NCBI GenBank assembly: GCA_002269645.1
Contig: NIVC01000753.1
Span: 186,001 to 250,000 of the forward strand
Source: Macrostomum lignano
Taxonomy: Eukaryota
DNA length: 64,000 nucleotides
Direction of reading: 5' to 3'
The notes beneath the pieces are model-generated. The model made no database searches and had not been told where the DNA came from. It worked only from the letters and a program-made list of their open reading frames with translations. Numbering within the stretch: the stretch's first letter is position 1; the number at the start of each line of letters is the position of its first letter. Of the stretch, positions 11,301-23,545 are shown piece after piece. The position numbers were made by a program, and so were the translations under genes.

Positions 11301-14300
11301 GCATTCACGCCCATCCCACCCCTCACTCACCTGCATTAACTCCCATCTCACCCCTCACTCACCTGCATTCACGCCCATCTCACCCCTCACTCACCTGCAT
11401 TCACTCCCATGCCACCCCTCACTCACCTGCATTCACTCCCATGCCACCCCTCACTCACCTGCATTCACTCCCATCTCACCCCTCACTCACCTGCATTCAC
11501 TCCCATGCCACCCCTCACTCACCTGCATTCACTCCCATCCCACCCCTCACTCACCTGCATTCACGCCCATCTCACCCCTCACTCACCTGCATTCACTCCC
11601 ATCCCACCCCTCACCTGCATTCACTCCTATCCCACCCCTCACTCACCTGCATTCACTCCCATCCCACCCCTCACCTGCATTCACTCCCATCCCACCCCTC
11701 ACTCACCTGCATTCACTCCCATCTCACCTCTCACTCACCTGCATTCACTCCCATCCCACCCCTCACTCACCTGCATTCACTCCCATCCCACCCCTCACTC
11801 ACCTGCATTCACGTCCATCCCACCCCTCACTCACCTGCATTCACGTCCATCCCACCCCTCACTCACCTGCATTCACTCCCATCTCACCCCTCACTCACCT
11901 GCATTCACGCCCATCCCACCCTCACTCACCTGCATTCACTCCCATGCCACCCCTCACTCACCTGCATTCACTCCCATCTCACCCCTCACTCACCTGCATT
12001 CACTCCCATGCCACCCCTCACTCACCTGCATTCACTCCCATCCCACCCCTCACTCACCTGCATTCACTCCCATCTCACCCCTCACTCACCTGCATTCACG
12101 CCCATCCCACCCTCACTCACCTGCATTCACTCCCATGCCACCCCTCACTCACCTGCATTCACTCCCATCTCACCCCTCACTCACCTGCATTCACTCCCAT
12201 CCCACCCCTCACTCACCTGCATTCACTCCCATCCCACCCCTCACTCACCTGCATTCACTCCCATCTCACCTCTCACTCACCTGCATTCACTCCCATGCCA
12301 CCCCTCACTCACCTGCATTCATTCCCATCCCACCCCTCACTCACCTGCATTCACGTCCATCCCACCCCTCACTCACCTGCATTCACGTCCATCCCACCCC
12401 TCACTCACCTGCATTCACGCCCATCCCACCCCTCACTCACCTGCATTCACGCCCATCCCACCCCTCACCTGCATTCACTCCCATCCCACCCCTCACTCAC
12501 CTGCATTCACGCCCATCCCACCCCTCACCTGCATTCACTCCCATCCCACCCCTCACTCACCTGCATTCACGCCCATCCACCCCTCACTCACCTGCATTCA
12601 CTCCCATCTCACCCCTCACTCACCTGCATTCACGCCCATCTCACCCCTCACTCACCTGCATTCAGTCCCATGCCACCCCTCACTCACCTGCATTCACGCC
12701 CATCCCACCCCTCACTCACCTGCATTCACTCCCATCCCACCCCTCACTCACCTGCAGGAAGGGGTCGCTAACGCCATTGACATCGTGGTCCTGCGAGAAG
12801 CCGGACATGATGAGGTTCTTGAGAATTCTCACCAAGTTGGGCACCAGCTGAACAAAAAACAAAGTTGGTAAAAAATTTAAATATTTATTGCATTGTTGAG
12901 TGCCTTAAATAATGAGGGTTGGAAATCCACTTATGAAAAGCAATCCGTTTTTAAATTTACGCATGAAAAATAGGCGCCGCCAGAACTGCAGGTTAAGCAG
13001 AGTCCGCAGCGGTTTGTACGCAGCAGTATACGCCACAGAATATTCTGTGGTATACGCTGCTAACGTGACTCTCAATCCCAAGACAGCCATCACAAGAGGG
13101 TAGAAAATTAGATTGAACAGCCCCACTTCACCCTGCTGTGATTGGCTAGCAGCTCTGAGCTGAGCATATTCTTCTTTTAATATCTCGTAGTTATAAAAAA
13201 TCTTTTTTTTCTGATTTTCATTTTCAAACGAGTCACAACACGAAAATCGACCTTTGTGAACGTAATAGTATTTAGATTTATCAAAAACTAACAACACTAA
13301 ATAAAATTAATATTTTCTTACCAAAAATGCATGCTTTACAAATAAAAATATTACTCAAAAACTTTCAATATAAGTTTTTAGTTGCTTTTTAGTTAAATTT
13401 AATAGCTTGAGTGTGTATAAATAAACTAATATTAAATAAGATTATTAAAACGATTTAAGAGTACCAATTCCTATTTATTAATGCTTCTTTGCAACCCCCA
13501 GTCCTATAAGATCATGGACATAATGAAGTGGGTTGCATTAAAAAACAAGGGCCAGTTTCGGCAAAAAATCAGTAACCAGAGCGTGCAAAACAATGCGTAA
13601 AATGGGTAAAATGGGCAGGTGATTGGAAAATCGATAACCCTGGGGTGGCTGGCTGACGGGGACGACTGGAAAATCGATAACCCTGGGGTGGCTGGCTGAC
13701 GGGGACGACTGGAAAATCGATAACCCTGGGGTGGCTGGCTGACGGGGACGACTGGAAAATCGATAACCCTGGGGTGGCTGGCTGACGGGGACGACTGGAA
13801 AATCGATAACCCTGGGGTGGCTGGCCGACGAGGACGACTGGAAAATCGATAACCATGGGGTGGCTGGCTGACGGGGACGACTGGAAAATCGATAACCATG
13901 GGGTGGCTGGCTGACGGGGACGACTGGAAAATCGATAACCCGGGGTGGCTGGCTGACGGGGACGACTGGAAAATCGATAACCCTGAGGTGGCTGGCTGAC
14001 GGGGACGACTGATAATCCTGGGGTGGCTGGCTGACGGGGACGACTGATAATCCTGGGGTGGCTGGCTGACGGGGACGACTGATAATCCTGGGGTGGTTGT
14101 CTAAGGCGACGACCGAAAAAAATCGGTAATCTGAGTGTATATTATTGATTGACAATAAAATTTTAGGACAAAGTGTTTGCAGGGTTCAAACGCAAAGCGA
14201 CAGTGCCTCTGGTTTTTACAAATTAACACCTTGCCATTCATACTGCTATCAATTAAATGCTTACCTCGCCATCGTTGCACTGCAAAAATTGGTGTCGAAT

Positions 14301-16328
14301 TTAAATGCAGGGACTTTAAGTTCAGGGTAATATCATACAACACTAGCAAGGTAAAGGTGAATATTAACTAATTTTTGTACCAATTAAAATACTATTGGTG
14401 ATTGTGCATTACGCCCCAGTGCTTCCAAGCAACCAACTCCCACTGTTTCATAGGTTTCGAATTGAGTGTATATTCATTGTTTTCAGTGCACAGGCAAGGT
14501 GTATGTGCACTATTAATCACAGAACTATGAACTATAGAATAGATTTAGTATATTTAGATAGATGATAGATAGATAGGTGTACAACTGTAATATCAGGTCT
14601 ATGCTAATGCTAAATAAAGTCTGGTAACCACAGGCAAGAAAATATGCATTATATAATTAGATATTGTATAAATATTTGCAACTAAGACACAACAGAGCTC
14701 TGATTTAATAACAAAGACTAATATTGATCGACAGTTAAAATCGAAAAGCTTTGCATACCCGTCTGAAGTGGTTCAGTGTGTCAACGCTGAGAATGCACAT
14801 CTGCGAGATGAGGCACACGGCGGTGAGCAGTACGCCTGCAACAATTTATGACTTCATTATTATTCAACAGCTAGCCACAAACCTTGCTGCACAAACCACA
14901 CGCTGCTCCTCAACTCCTCAGCTCCTGCTTCCCGCTGCTCATTAACTAATCAAATTCAGTCACACCCAATGTAGATACGTTGCTTCTCAACCAATCAAAT
15001 TCAGTCACACCCAATGTACATATACGTTGCTTCTCAACTAATCAAATTCAGTCACACCCAATGTAACACACGCGGCTCCTCAACCAATCAAATTCAGTCA
15101 CACCCAATGTACATACGTTGCTTCTCAACCAATCAAATTCAGTCACACCCAATGTACATACGTTGCTTCTCAACCAATCAAATTCAGTCACACCCAATGT
15201 ACATACGTTGCTTCTCAACCAATCAAATTCAGTCACACCCAATGTACATATACGTTGCTTCTCAACTAATCAAATTCAGTCACACCCAATGTAACACACG
15301 CGGCTCCTCAACCAATCAAATTCCTGAAGTCACACCCAATGTACATACGTTGCTTCTCAACCAATCAAATTCAGTCACACCCAATGTAACACACGCGGTT
15401 CCTCAACCAATCAAATTCAGTCACACCCAATGTAACACACGCGGCTTCTCAACCAATCAAATTCATTCACACCCAATGTACACACGCGGCTCCTCAACCA
15501 ATCAAATTCAGTCACACCAAATGTACACACGCGGTTCCTCAACCAATCAAATTCAGTCACACCCAATGTATACACGCGGCTCCTCAACCAATCAAATTCA
15601 GTCACACCCAATGTAACACACGCGGCTCCTCAACTAATCAACACACTCCTAAATCAAGTGACATTACCTTTGCTTATTAAATGAATTGCTCAATATTAAT
15701 CAAGCAGTCAAGCAAATAACCAAAATACCTATAGTACAGAAGACATACCGTGATTTTTCTCATTCAACAGCGACCTAGCGCACGGGATGTACACCTCCAT
15801 CAGGTCCGGTATCTTCTGGATAATTCGCAAAGCGCACAAAGTGGCCTTTTTTCTAATATATGCATTGCTAGACTTGACTAAGCGTTCCACTTCGCCCGCA
15901 AGATCTCGACTCATCTCGGCGCTGCAGATGCTGCCCAAGGTGGATAGGGCCAGACTAACTATGTACTGGGTGCCGTGATTCATATCGTTCTTCACCGAGT
16001 TAGTCACTAACAGGTGCACATCGGTGCGCTCGTCCAATAGCAGCATAGCGCCCAGATAGCCAATTCGTTTGTCAGTGAATTTCGGCGACGCAACCAGCTT
16101 GAGGCACTCCATCTGGCCAAAGTGCGCCGGATAGCCCAGCATGTGGATATACAGCAGTTTGGCCACATTCCTGCACCTATAAGTGTTGTCCTCCTCGCGG
16201 AAGCTGTCCCGTATCTGGGCGCATTCCCTGTTCACTACAGCGCGCTCCTCTGCTGCGGTGCGGGCCGACCGGATCTCGCGGATCAGATCGCGCAGCCGCT
16301 TGGGCGTTGGGGCGATTATCCCCCTCAT
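5370..16328 (-). CDS. AP1G1: AP-1 complex subunit gamma-1 (gamma-adaptin), 8 exons, 820 aa
   Basis: Exons 16328-15749, 14835-14759, 12847-12752, 10359-10279, 10117-10019, 8025-7444, 7129-6290, 5477-5370. All introns are GT-AG and phase-consistent; total 2463 nt. Translation follows gamma-adaptin throughout (RLRDLIR...[60 protein letters not shown], clathrin-box-like LINLD, ear ending NFPPAYW). The exact N-terminus is uncertain. Confidence 0.96.
5625..6265. repeat. Minisatellite, same 41-bp unit (array B), fills the last AP1G1 intron
   Basis: ~15 copies of the same unit as 3472-3838. Confidence 0.95.
8095..8515. repeat. Minisatellite, 20-bp unit
   Basis: AGCTCAGATCACTCAGAGCA, grading into the variant AACCCGAGGTCACTCAGAGAGC. 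Confidence 0.95.
9050..9540. repeat. Compound (TCTG)n/(TGCC)n/TACC microsatellite
   Basis: Direct reading. Confidence 0.95.
9538..9745 (+). mobile_element. Interspersed repeat attached to a (TCTG)n tract, copy 1
   Basis: TGTAGCCTCTGTA.GGGTGGCT...CCCAATTCAGAAGCG.TGGCC.AAAATGTAGTTA...GACTCGAAACA...ACTAATGGATGATGTCATACCAAACT matches the reverse complement of 41615-41812. Confidence 0.75.
10447..12757 (-). repeat. 32-bp minisatellite built from the AP1G1 exon-3 5' splice junction
   Basis: Minus-strand unit AGGGGTGGGATGGGAGTGAATGCAG|GTGAGTG, ~70 copies (some 28-bp units); continuous with the true donor at 12751. Confidence 0.95.
13622..14097. repeat. Minisatellite, 43-bp unit
   Basis: GGAAAATCGATAACCCTGGGGTGGCTGGCTGACGGGGACGACT, ~11 copies. 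Confidence 0.95.
14265..14279 (-). CDS. AP1G1: Candidate 15-nt alternative microexon of AP1G1 (CNDGE)
   Basis: ATTTTTGCAG|TGCAACGATGGCGAG|GTAAGC in phase-0 intron 2. Frame-preserving; inserts between ...NHFRR and LVPNLVR. Confidence 0.7.
14940..15645. repeat. Minisatellite, ~45-bp unit, fills AP1G1 intron 1
   Basis: CTCAACCAATCAAATTCAGTCACACCCAATGTACATACGTTGCTT, ~15 copies. Confidence 0.95.
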
Positions 16329-16367
16329 CAAAGTATGGACTCGGGTCTTTGTTTGATGGCTCAGAAG

Positions 16368-17160
16368 GATGCTGAGATGCCATGGGTAGGGGGAATGCTG
16401 AGATGCTATGGGTAGGGGGGGGGGGTGCTGAGATGCTATGGATAGGGGTGTGCTGAGATGCTATGGGTAGGGGAATGCTGAGATGCTATGGGTAGGGGTG
16501 TGCTGAGATGCTATGGGTAGGGGGGTGCTGAGATGCTATGGATAGGGGAATGCTGAGATGCTATGGGTAGGGGGGTGCTGAGATGCTATGGGTAGGGGGT
16601 GCTGAGATGCTATGGATAGGGGTATGCTGAGATGCTATGGGTAGGGGGGTGCTGAGATGCTATGGATAGGGGAATGCTGAGATGCTATGGGTAGGGGGTG
16701 CTGAGATGCTATGGATAGGGGTATGCTGAGATGCTATGGGTAGGGGGTGCTGAGATGCTATGGATAGGGGTGTGCTGAGATGCTATGGGTAGGGGGTGCT
16801 GAGATGCTATGGATAGGGGTGTGCTGAGATGCTATGGGTAGGGGGTGCTGAGATGCTATGGATAGGGGTGTGCTGAGATGCTATGGGTAGGGGGTGCTGA
16901 GATGCTATGGGTAGGGGGTGCTGAGATGGCATGGCTCAGTAGGGGAATGCTGAGATGTCAACTCAGGGAGAATGCTGATTGCTGAGATGCCATGGGTAGG
17001 GGGAATACTAAGATGGCATGGCTCAGTAGGGGAATGATGAGATGATGACTCAGGGGAAATGCTGAGATGACATGACTCAGTAAGGGAATGATAAGATGAC
17101 ATGGCTTAATAGAGGAATGCTGAGATGCCATGACTCAGGGGGAATGCTGTGATACCATGG
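16368..17160. repeat. Minisatellite, ~24-bp unit, abutting the AP1G1 first coding exon
   Basis: GCTGAGATGCTATGGGTAGGGGGT; homogeneous to ~16920, degenerate beyond. Confidence 0.93.
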
Positions 17161-18419
17161 CATGGCTCAATAGGAAAACTGAGATTGGGAAAATTGGGAG
17201 TATACATGTAGCTAGATTTTCTATATTTTTAAAAAATTGCCTTTTTTAAATGTAAGATTATAGGTAAATATTTCTTCTAAACAAAAAAGTTTTCTTTTAT
17301 TATAAGTTTCTTTAATTATAATTATAATTTTTGCAAAGATTTAAAACTTTAATAATATTTTCCTCATTTTATGCAATTGATAAAAATTTTATATCAAGAT
17401 AAAGCACTAGAAAATTTCAAAAAGCAAAATTAAAGTAACTATTTTATAAACTTTTGCACCATAAATACGCTTGCATTCTACTTTTTGTAATTTTATATTA
17501 TATTACAATTAAAGGAAAATTCTATAAAAATAATTCTAAGTAAAAAATCATTTTCTTATAGACTTACTAGGTCCATTTTAAAATGTATTTTCTATTGTTT
17601 AAAAAATAATTCTCAATAGATTGCATTTTTTAATTCTTGCAGTCATTAAAAAACTAGGCCTAAAATATTATTTATAAATAGAAACAAAGAACTTTTAATT
17701 GTATCTTATTAGAAATAAATTTAAATAACTAATTATAAAGATATATTAGCTTGGCATTGCAATTGCATCAATCATTTAAGCTAAATATTACTAGTCACAT
17801 AAACTATATAACTATTGAATGAATGAATGAATAGGACATACATAGGTCTTAGACCCATGATCTTAGCCTATTAGATAAATGAAAATGAGTTAAAACAAAA
17901 AAATATATATAATTTAAAATGTAAATTTTTTATTTGTTTGACTGTTTAATAAAAATATAAATGACAAGTCTTATTATATCTTTGCAATACTTTTATACTT
18001 CATATATCATAATATTAATAAATATAAATTTATTTATTTTACAAAGACAATAATAATTAAAAATCTAATAAATAATGAATAAATATCACTCTGATTCATA
18101 ATAACATATATTGATATATAAATATTAATATAACTATAATTATATCAATATATGTAATAGTGAATCATAGTGATATATAATTATACATTATTTATTAGAT
18201 TTTTAATTAGTATTGTCTTTTTAAAATATTAGTACTGTCTTTGTAAGTATTGTCTTTGTATTGTCTGTATTTTAATATGGTTTATTATAGAAAATTAAAG
18301 GATTTATAAAAATCATTAAGAAAGGTCAAATTGGGATGTTGATGCTTAGAGGGAATCACTATAATGCTGTAGTGCTTTAATGACTCTTGGAAAGAATTAC
18401 TGAAATGTCAATGCATTAA

Positions 18420-18515
18420 GGTAAGGGTTAGGCCTAGGATTAGGATTAAGGCTAGGGCCTAGGGCTAGGCTAGGGCTAGGATTAGAGGGCTTGGGTTAGG
18501 GTTAGGCTAAGGTTA
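18420..18515 (+). repeat. Degenerate TTAGGG-like tract
   Basis: GGTTAGG/GCTAGGG/GATTAGG variants including GGGTTAGGGTTAGG. Confidence 0.6.
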
Positions 18516-18686
18516 TGCCATGGTAAAAAGGTTAATCAATTTTTTTAAGATTTCAAGGCTTTTGGGGGCATCGCTAAGATGTTAGGGCAGGGGGGCAAGG
18601 GGAGTTGATATATTTAATTAAGGCTTATGGGGAGGAATTACTAAGATATCAAGGCTTACAAGGGACTACTGAGGTATATCGCAAAA

Positions 18687-19293
18687 GGCAGTGCTTATCC
18701 CCACGGTACCGTAGGAATAATTTCTGTCTTATTCCAACGGTACCATGGGGATAATTTTCTGCTTATCCGCATGGCACATTGACGAGATAGCTGCCCCATC
18801 TTCTACATATGCCGTGGGAATAATTTTCTGCTTATCCGCACGGGTGAATTGTTGAAGCAATGCAATAATCTATACAAACAAATTGAGAATTTACATGTCT
18901 AGTAAGAAGTCTACAGAAGCAGCGGCAATGGACTTTTCGGGGATGTCGGGATTAGACTAGTTGCTAAAAGTTCTTAAATTGTAAACAATTACTAGAGCAA
19001 TTCATCTTAAATCATACGTCAAAAATACAAAAAAGTGTTTTTTTGCGTAAAAAGGCCATTAAATCTTTACTTCTATCAGTAAAGATAGAAGTAAAGTGTT
19101 AATTCTAACAAGTTATGTTGTTATATTGCACTCAAACCGTAAGTACTAAACTAAATTATGAACCCACGGCATATGTAGAAGATAGGCAGCTATCTCGTCA
19201 GTGTGCCGTGCGGATAAGCAGAAAATTATCCCCACGGTACCGTTGGAATAAGACAGAAATTATTCCTACGGTACCGTGGGGATAAGCACTGCC
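18687..19293. mobile_element. Non-autonomous DNA transposon (MITE), ~132-bp TIRs and 9-bp TSD; Mutator-like or Merlin-like
   Basis: TIRs 18687-18818 and 19163-19293 (GGCAGTGCTTATCC...) differ at only a few positions; perfect flanking ATCGCAAAA at 18678-18686 and 19294-19302; no internal ORF. Confidence 0.9.
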
Positions 19294-21419
19294 ATCGCAA
19301 AAAGATACTATATGTAGTTTATTAAAAAAACTTATACTGCATTTTTTGGCTCCCCAATGGGAGCACTGATTGCTAGTCCTTCTTTCTAGTTTCCATTTGT
19401 CTAAATTTCTATATAGGCCTAGTTAAACTTAAAATACTTTAATTAGAGTTTTTAAATAACTAGATACAATTATACTATAATAGAGTAGAATAAAAAAAAT
19501 ACACAGATAAGGCATGTAGTAAATTAAACGATATTGGTTTAGGACTTTATTGCAACTTGATTTTACTATTGTTTACCTTAATTAACCAATCTATGCTATG
19601 CAGCACAGGCTTTGATATGGCTATGGCTATATTATTGTAACTAAAATGTTAATAATAACAATAATGTTAATAAAAGTAAATGCTTTATTGTATTTAATTT
19701 TATAGGTTCGAAAAATACAACTAGAGAAAAATGTAACACCAAACACGCCAAAGTCGCCTGCCCATGTAGCTATCAATATCATGACAATGACCATGCATAG
19801 ATTTCACAGTCCATGACTATAAACATCAAAATAAAAAAATTACAAATTAAATTGCGGTGTCGACATTTACTTACAGTCTATGTTACGATTTTTTTTATAT
19901 AAATAATTTAAAAAAGTTTTTCTTGCGGTTTTTTGCACCTCTAAGTGCTTTAAAGGCATTCTTAATTTTTCGTATTGTTTATCTTCCTGCATACTTAACA
20001 CGTTTGCAGGTATGCGTATGCAAATTAATTTAAAAGCTACTCTTTGACTTTATCCCCCAAAGGTTGGGCCACGTCCACGATAACAAATACTCCATATGAA
20101 ATACATAGAAAATTATCGTGAGTTCCATTGGACTCCAAAGTTTTGTTTGAGGGTTAAAACAGCAAAGAACTTTCATTTATTGCAGAAGTATGAGGCGTCC
20201 GACAAAATTATTCTCTTGTAACGTCATTAGACGACGTTAAAAGACGATAAGCGTCAGATTAAAAGTAAATTACCATGGTTAGTTGGCTGAACTGTAATAT
20301 ATACAATTACCAAGTTCGTCTATCCTTCCACTGAGCATGAAAATTTCATGCTTTGTACAAGCTAGTCATCTTTGCCTCCATTTGGGTGACAACAATATAA
20401 AGAAAGCAATACTTTTAAAATAAACTATACAATATGCATGTAGCTTTCGACCTTATAACAGTCACTATTGTTATAGTTTCCTAAAGAAAAATATACTACT
20501 TATAAATCAAAAAATATCTGTGCCAGCTTTAGTAGCCTCAGATATCAGCTAACACTCCGTAATATTTGAGCTTTTGACATCAAAGCTTTTCCTTAAGTTA
20601 TGGCCTAACCCCGGCCCAACTCTCGCTCAAGGACTATAACGAAGTGTTCCTAGTGGTCCTTGCTCTGGCTTCGATGATTGACCTACCAAAAACCTTCAAT
20701 TGATCATTGGAATCCTCAACAACCCCCATGTGAGAGCCATGTAGGAACCTCTCAGCAATTCACCCCCTTAATTTGAGCCCTGGACATCTCAGTAATTCTC
20801 TCCGTGAGCACATTAGCATTCTCTAAAATTTCACAGAGCATCGCACACATAATTTTTTGAGATTGCAGAGCATTTTATATAGAGATTCTAGAGCAATGAA
20901 ACTGAAAAATTGCATATAACGTTCTCGAATTTTGCAAAGAACATTCTCTACAATTGCGCTGGATATTCGCTTCTCTACAACTGCACAGAGCACCTTCTAC
21001 AATCGCCAGAGCATTGCACGAGGAGCATGATTCTCGTGCCATGGAACCCAGAAATTGCACAGAGCGTATACGGTTTTAGCCATGACAATCGTCGAAGCAT
21101 GGGTTGAATACGGTTGAATACGATGCTCGACTTCTGAAATAAAATGAAAAATGCTATCTCGAGCATGCACAGGTATTAAGAAAACTGGCAAACAATGGTC
21201 TGAACTCATTATACGAGTACGACTCCATCCAGCGTTTCTTTCCGGCATTCATGCAATCAGTTTTGCATTCTCTCGTAACAAATAGGCAGTAGAAAGCAGA
21301 AGCAGTAGGAAAACTATTGAACAGTGAAGAGCAATGAATAAATTTGGTGCTATTGCACCAAAACAGTCAGAATCGAATTATAATTTCGAAGTTGAATCGC
21401 GGCTTCTGGTGCAGTTGCG

Positions 21420-22900
21420 CATGGCCTCCCCTCGGTTTTTCGGACCACGTGACTCATTGCTGACGAATTCACAGTGCTGACCCAGTTTCAAGATTTCCGC
21501 AATCGAGCTTTCGTGCGAGTGGCCAATGAAAGCTAGGGAACAAATTCAATGTCCAGAAGTCTTTGTTTCTTTTTGAATTTCGAAGTTTTCATTTTTTATT
21601 GCTAGAAATTCCACTAGAATTATGAAAATAAAGATTTACGACACATCGTTGCGATGCATGTCCTTGAGAGATTTTGAGTTAGGAATTACAAAAAAGCTCT
21701 GCGAATTCCAGCTTTAATCAGCCACAAGTGCTGGGTTTCCGCGTGGGCGTTGAAACGGTTATTAGAAAAATCGCTGTGAAAGTGAAACTATAAGTGCAGT
21801 GCACCAGAGTCACCAGAGTGACAGTTTGCAGGCCTGACAACAAGGTCCAAAAAGCAAAGGGCGCATGGTTCGTGGTTCTTAAAATCCTCAGCAAATCGTT
21901 TCTTGCATGGTATGAGGGAAATATTCATAGTACATGATGTCCTAAGCGCATGGAATGACTGCTTTTACAAAGGAAGTAGCTGAGATTGTCACACGTGCAC
22001 CCCAAGTATCATGGGCTACTTCGTTACCATGGATTAATATGCAATTTCGAAACACTTCAGAGGGAGTCACGAGTATGCGTTTCACAGCGCGGGGCCCTGG
22101 ACACATCACCCATCTGCAGCTTGTCGTACATTAGTGCCAGTGTACGTTAACTGCGTATTGTCACTCGCGTTCAATCAAACTCCCCGCGATAAATGATGCA
22201 CAAATCTTGCAAAATTGATCTCTACTCTCGTATTGACAAAAAATCCTAAGCTTGATACCCACCTGAGATGCGTCTGGTCTCTGCTCCGAAGCGAGTTGAA
22301 AATGCAGAATGCACAGCATACCTATGTGGACTAATCAAGTTGGAACAGCTGACTAAGTTTTGCACTCGCATTCGCAGAAGACGAAAGCAAGAAGCCCGGA
22401 AAGAGCGGCAGGGTACAGAAGTCACAGTTGACATTTCTCTTGCACTATTATTTGTTAATATGCGTAAGCAAAACAGCAAGCAGTCATCCGGGCAGGGTAA
22501 CGGTTTTGATGACACAATTTTATTAAGCTAATTTCGTTATTCAATTTTCCTGTCTTTTAGTTCCACTAGCACTGTAGAAGGAGTTTACGACTTTGAACAC
22601 ACACAACACTCAGCCTTTGTCCGGGTGCACGGCCATGTTGCAGTCATTCTTTACAGCAAGAGAATTATGCACCAGATTTACGAAAAGAACACTACAAAAA
22701 TAAAGCTGGTTTCGTCCAGTTGCGTCAAGTGCCGCAGCACTAAATACGAGTATAGTCGTCCTGAATTCCTGGCATCAGATCTGGTATTAAACGGGACTTG
22801 GGCCAAAATTCTAGGTAATAAACACACTGAATGAAGAGCATTAACGGGGTCGAAAAATGGCTACAAAGACAGTCTTAAAAATCGAGCACAAAGTTTGCTT
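21420..22900 (+). pseudogene. Highly decayed non-LTR retrotransposon (EN/RT) remnant, tentative
   Basis: Colinear, frameshifted motif-like fragments: PPLGFSDH (EN end, ~21425), GPGHI and LSLAFNQ (~22090-22180), VEGVYDF...AFVRVH (~22575-22630; cf. VDxVYLDFxKAFDxVxH), QVPQ (~22730). Weak, judged by eye. Confidence 0.3.
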
Positions 22901-23057
22901 GCACTCGTAACGCAGCCCGGTCTTTGTCCACGCAGCGGCCAGTAAGCCCCAATAGACCTGGCAATTCTTGACCCCACTAGGAGACATTCGAATTTGGCGC
23001 CCGAATGTCTGCCTAAACTCTAACTTGCCACAAAGATTCTGGTTGGCGCCTAAACTC

Positions 23058-23545
23058 TTGAACTAGCTCTTAGTTTGGTGAACTAGCTCTTAGTTTGGTG
23101 AACTGGTTCTTAGTTTGGTGGACTGATTGTTAGTTTGGTGAACTGATTCTTAGTTTGGTGAACTGATTGTTAGTTTGGTGAACTGATTCTTAGTTTGGTG
23201 AACTGATTCTTAGTTTGGTGAACTGATTCTTAGTTTTGGTGAACTGATTGTTAGTTTGGTGAACTGATTGTTAGTTCGGTGAACTGATTCTTAGTTTTGG
23301 TGAACTGATTCTTAGTTTGGTGAACTGATTGTTAGTTTGGTGAACTGATTGTTAGTTTTGGTGAACTGATTGTTAGTTTGGTGAACTGATTCTTAGTTTG
23401 GTGAACTGATTCTTAGTTTGGTGAACTGATTCTTAGTTTGGTGAACTGATTCTTAGTTTTGGTGAACTGGTTTTTAGTTTAGTGAACTGATTGTTAGTTT
23501 GGTGAACTTATTCTTAGTTTTAGTGAACTGATTCCTAGTTTGGAA
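23058..23545. repeat. Minisatellite, 20-bp unit
   Basis: TAGTTTGGTGAACTGATTCT, ~24 copies. Confidence 0.95.

Noticed and set aside
10401-12871. Long His/Pro/Thr ORFs (312-580 aa)
   Set aside because: Translations of the 32-bp array, antisense within an AP1G1 intron.
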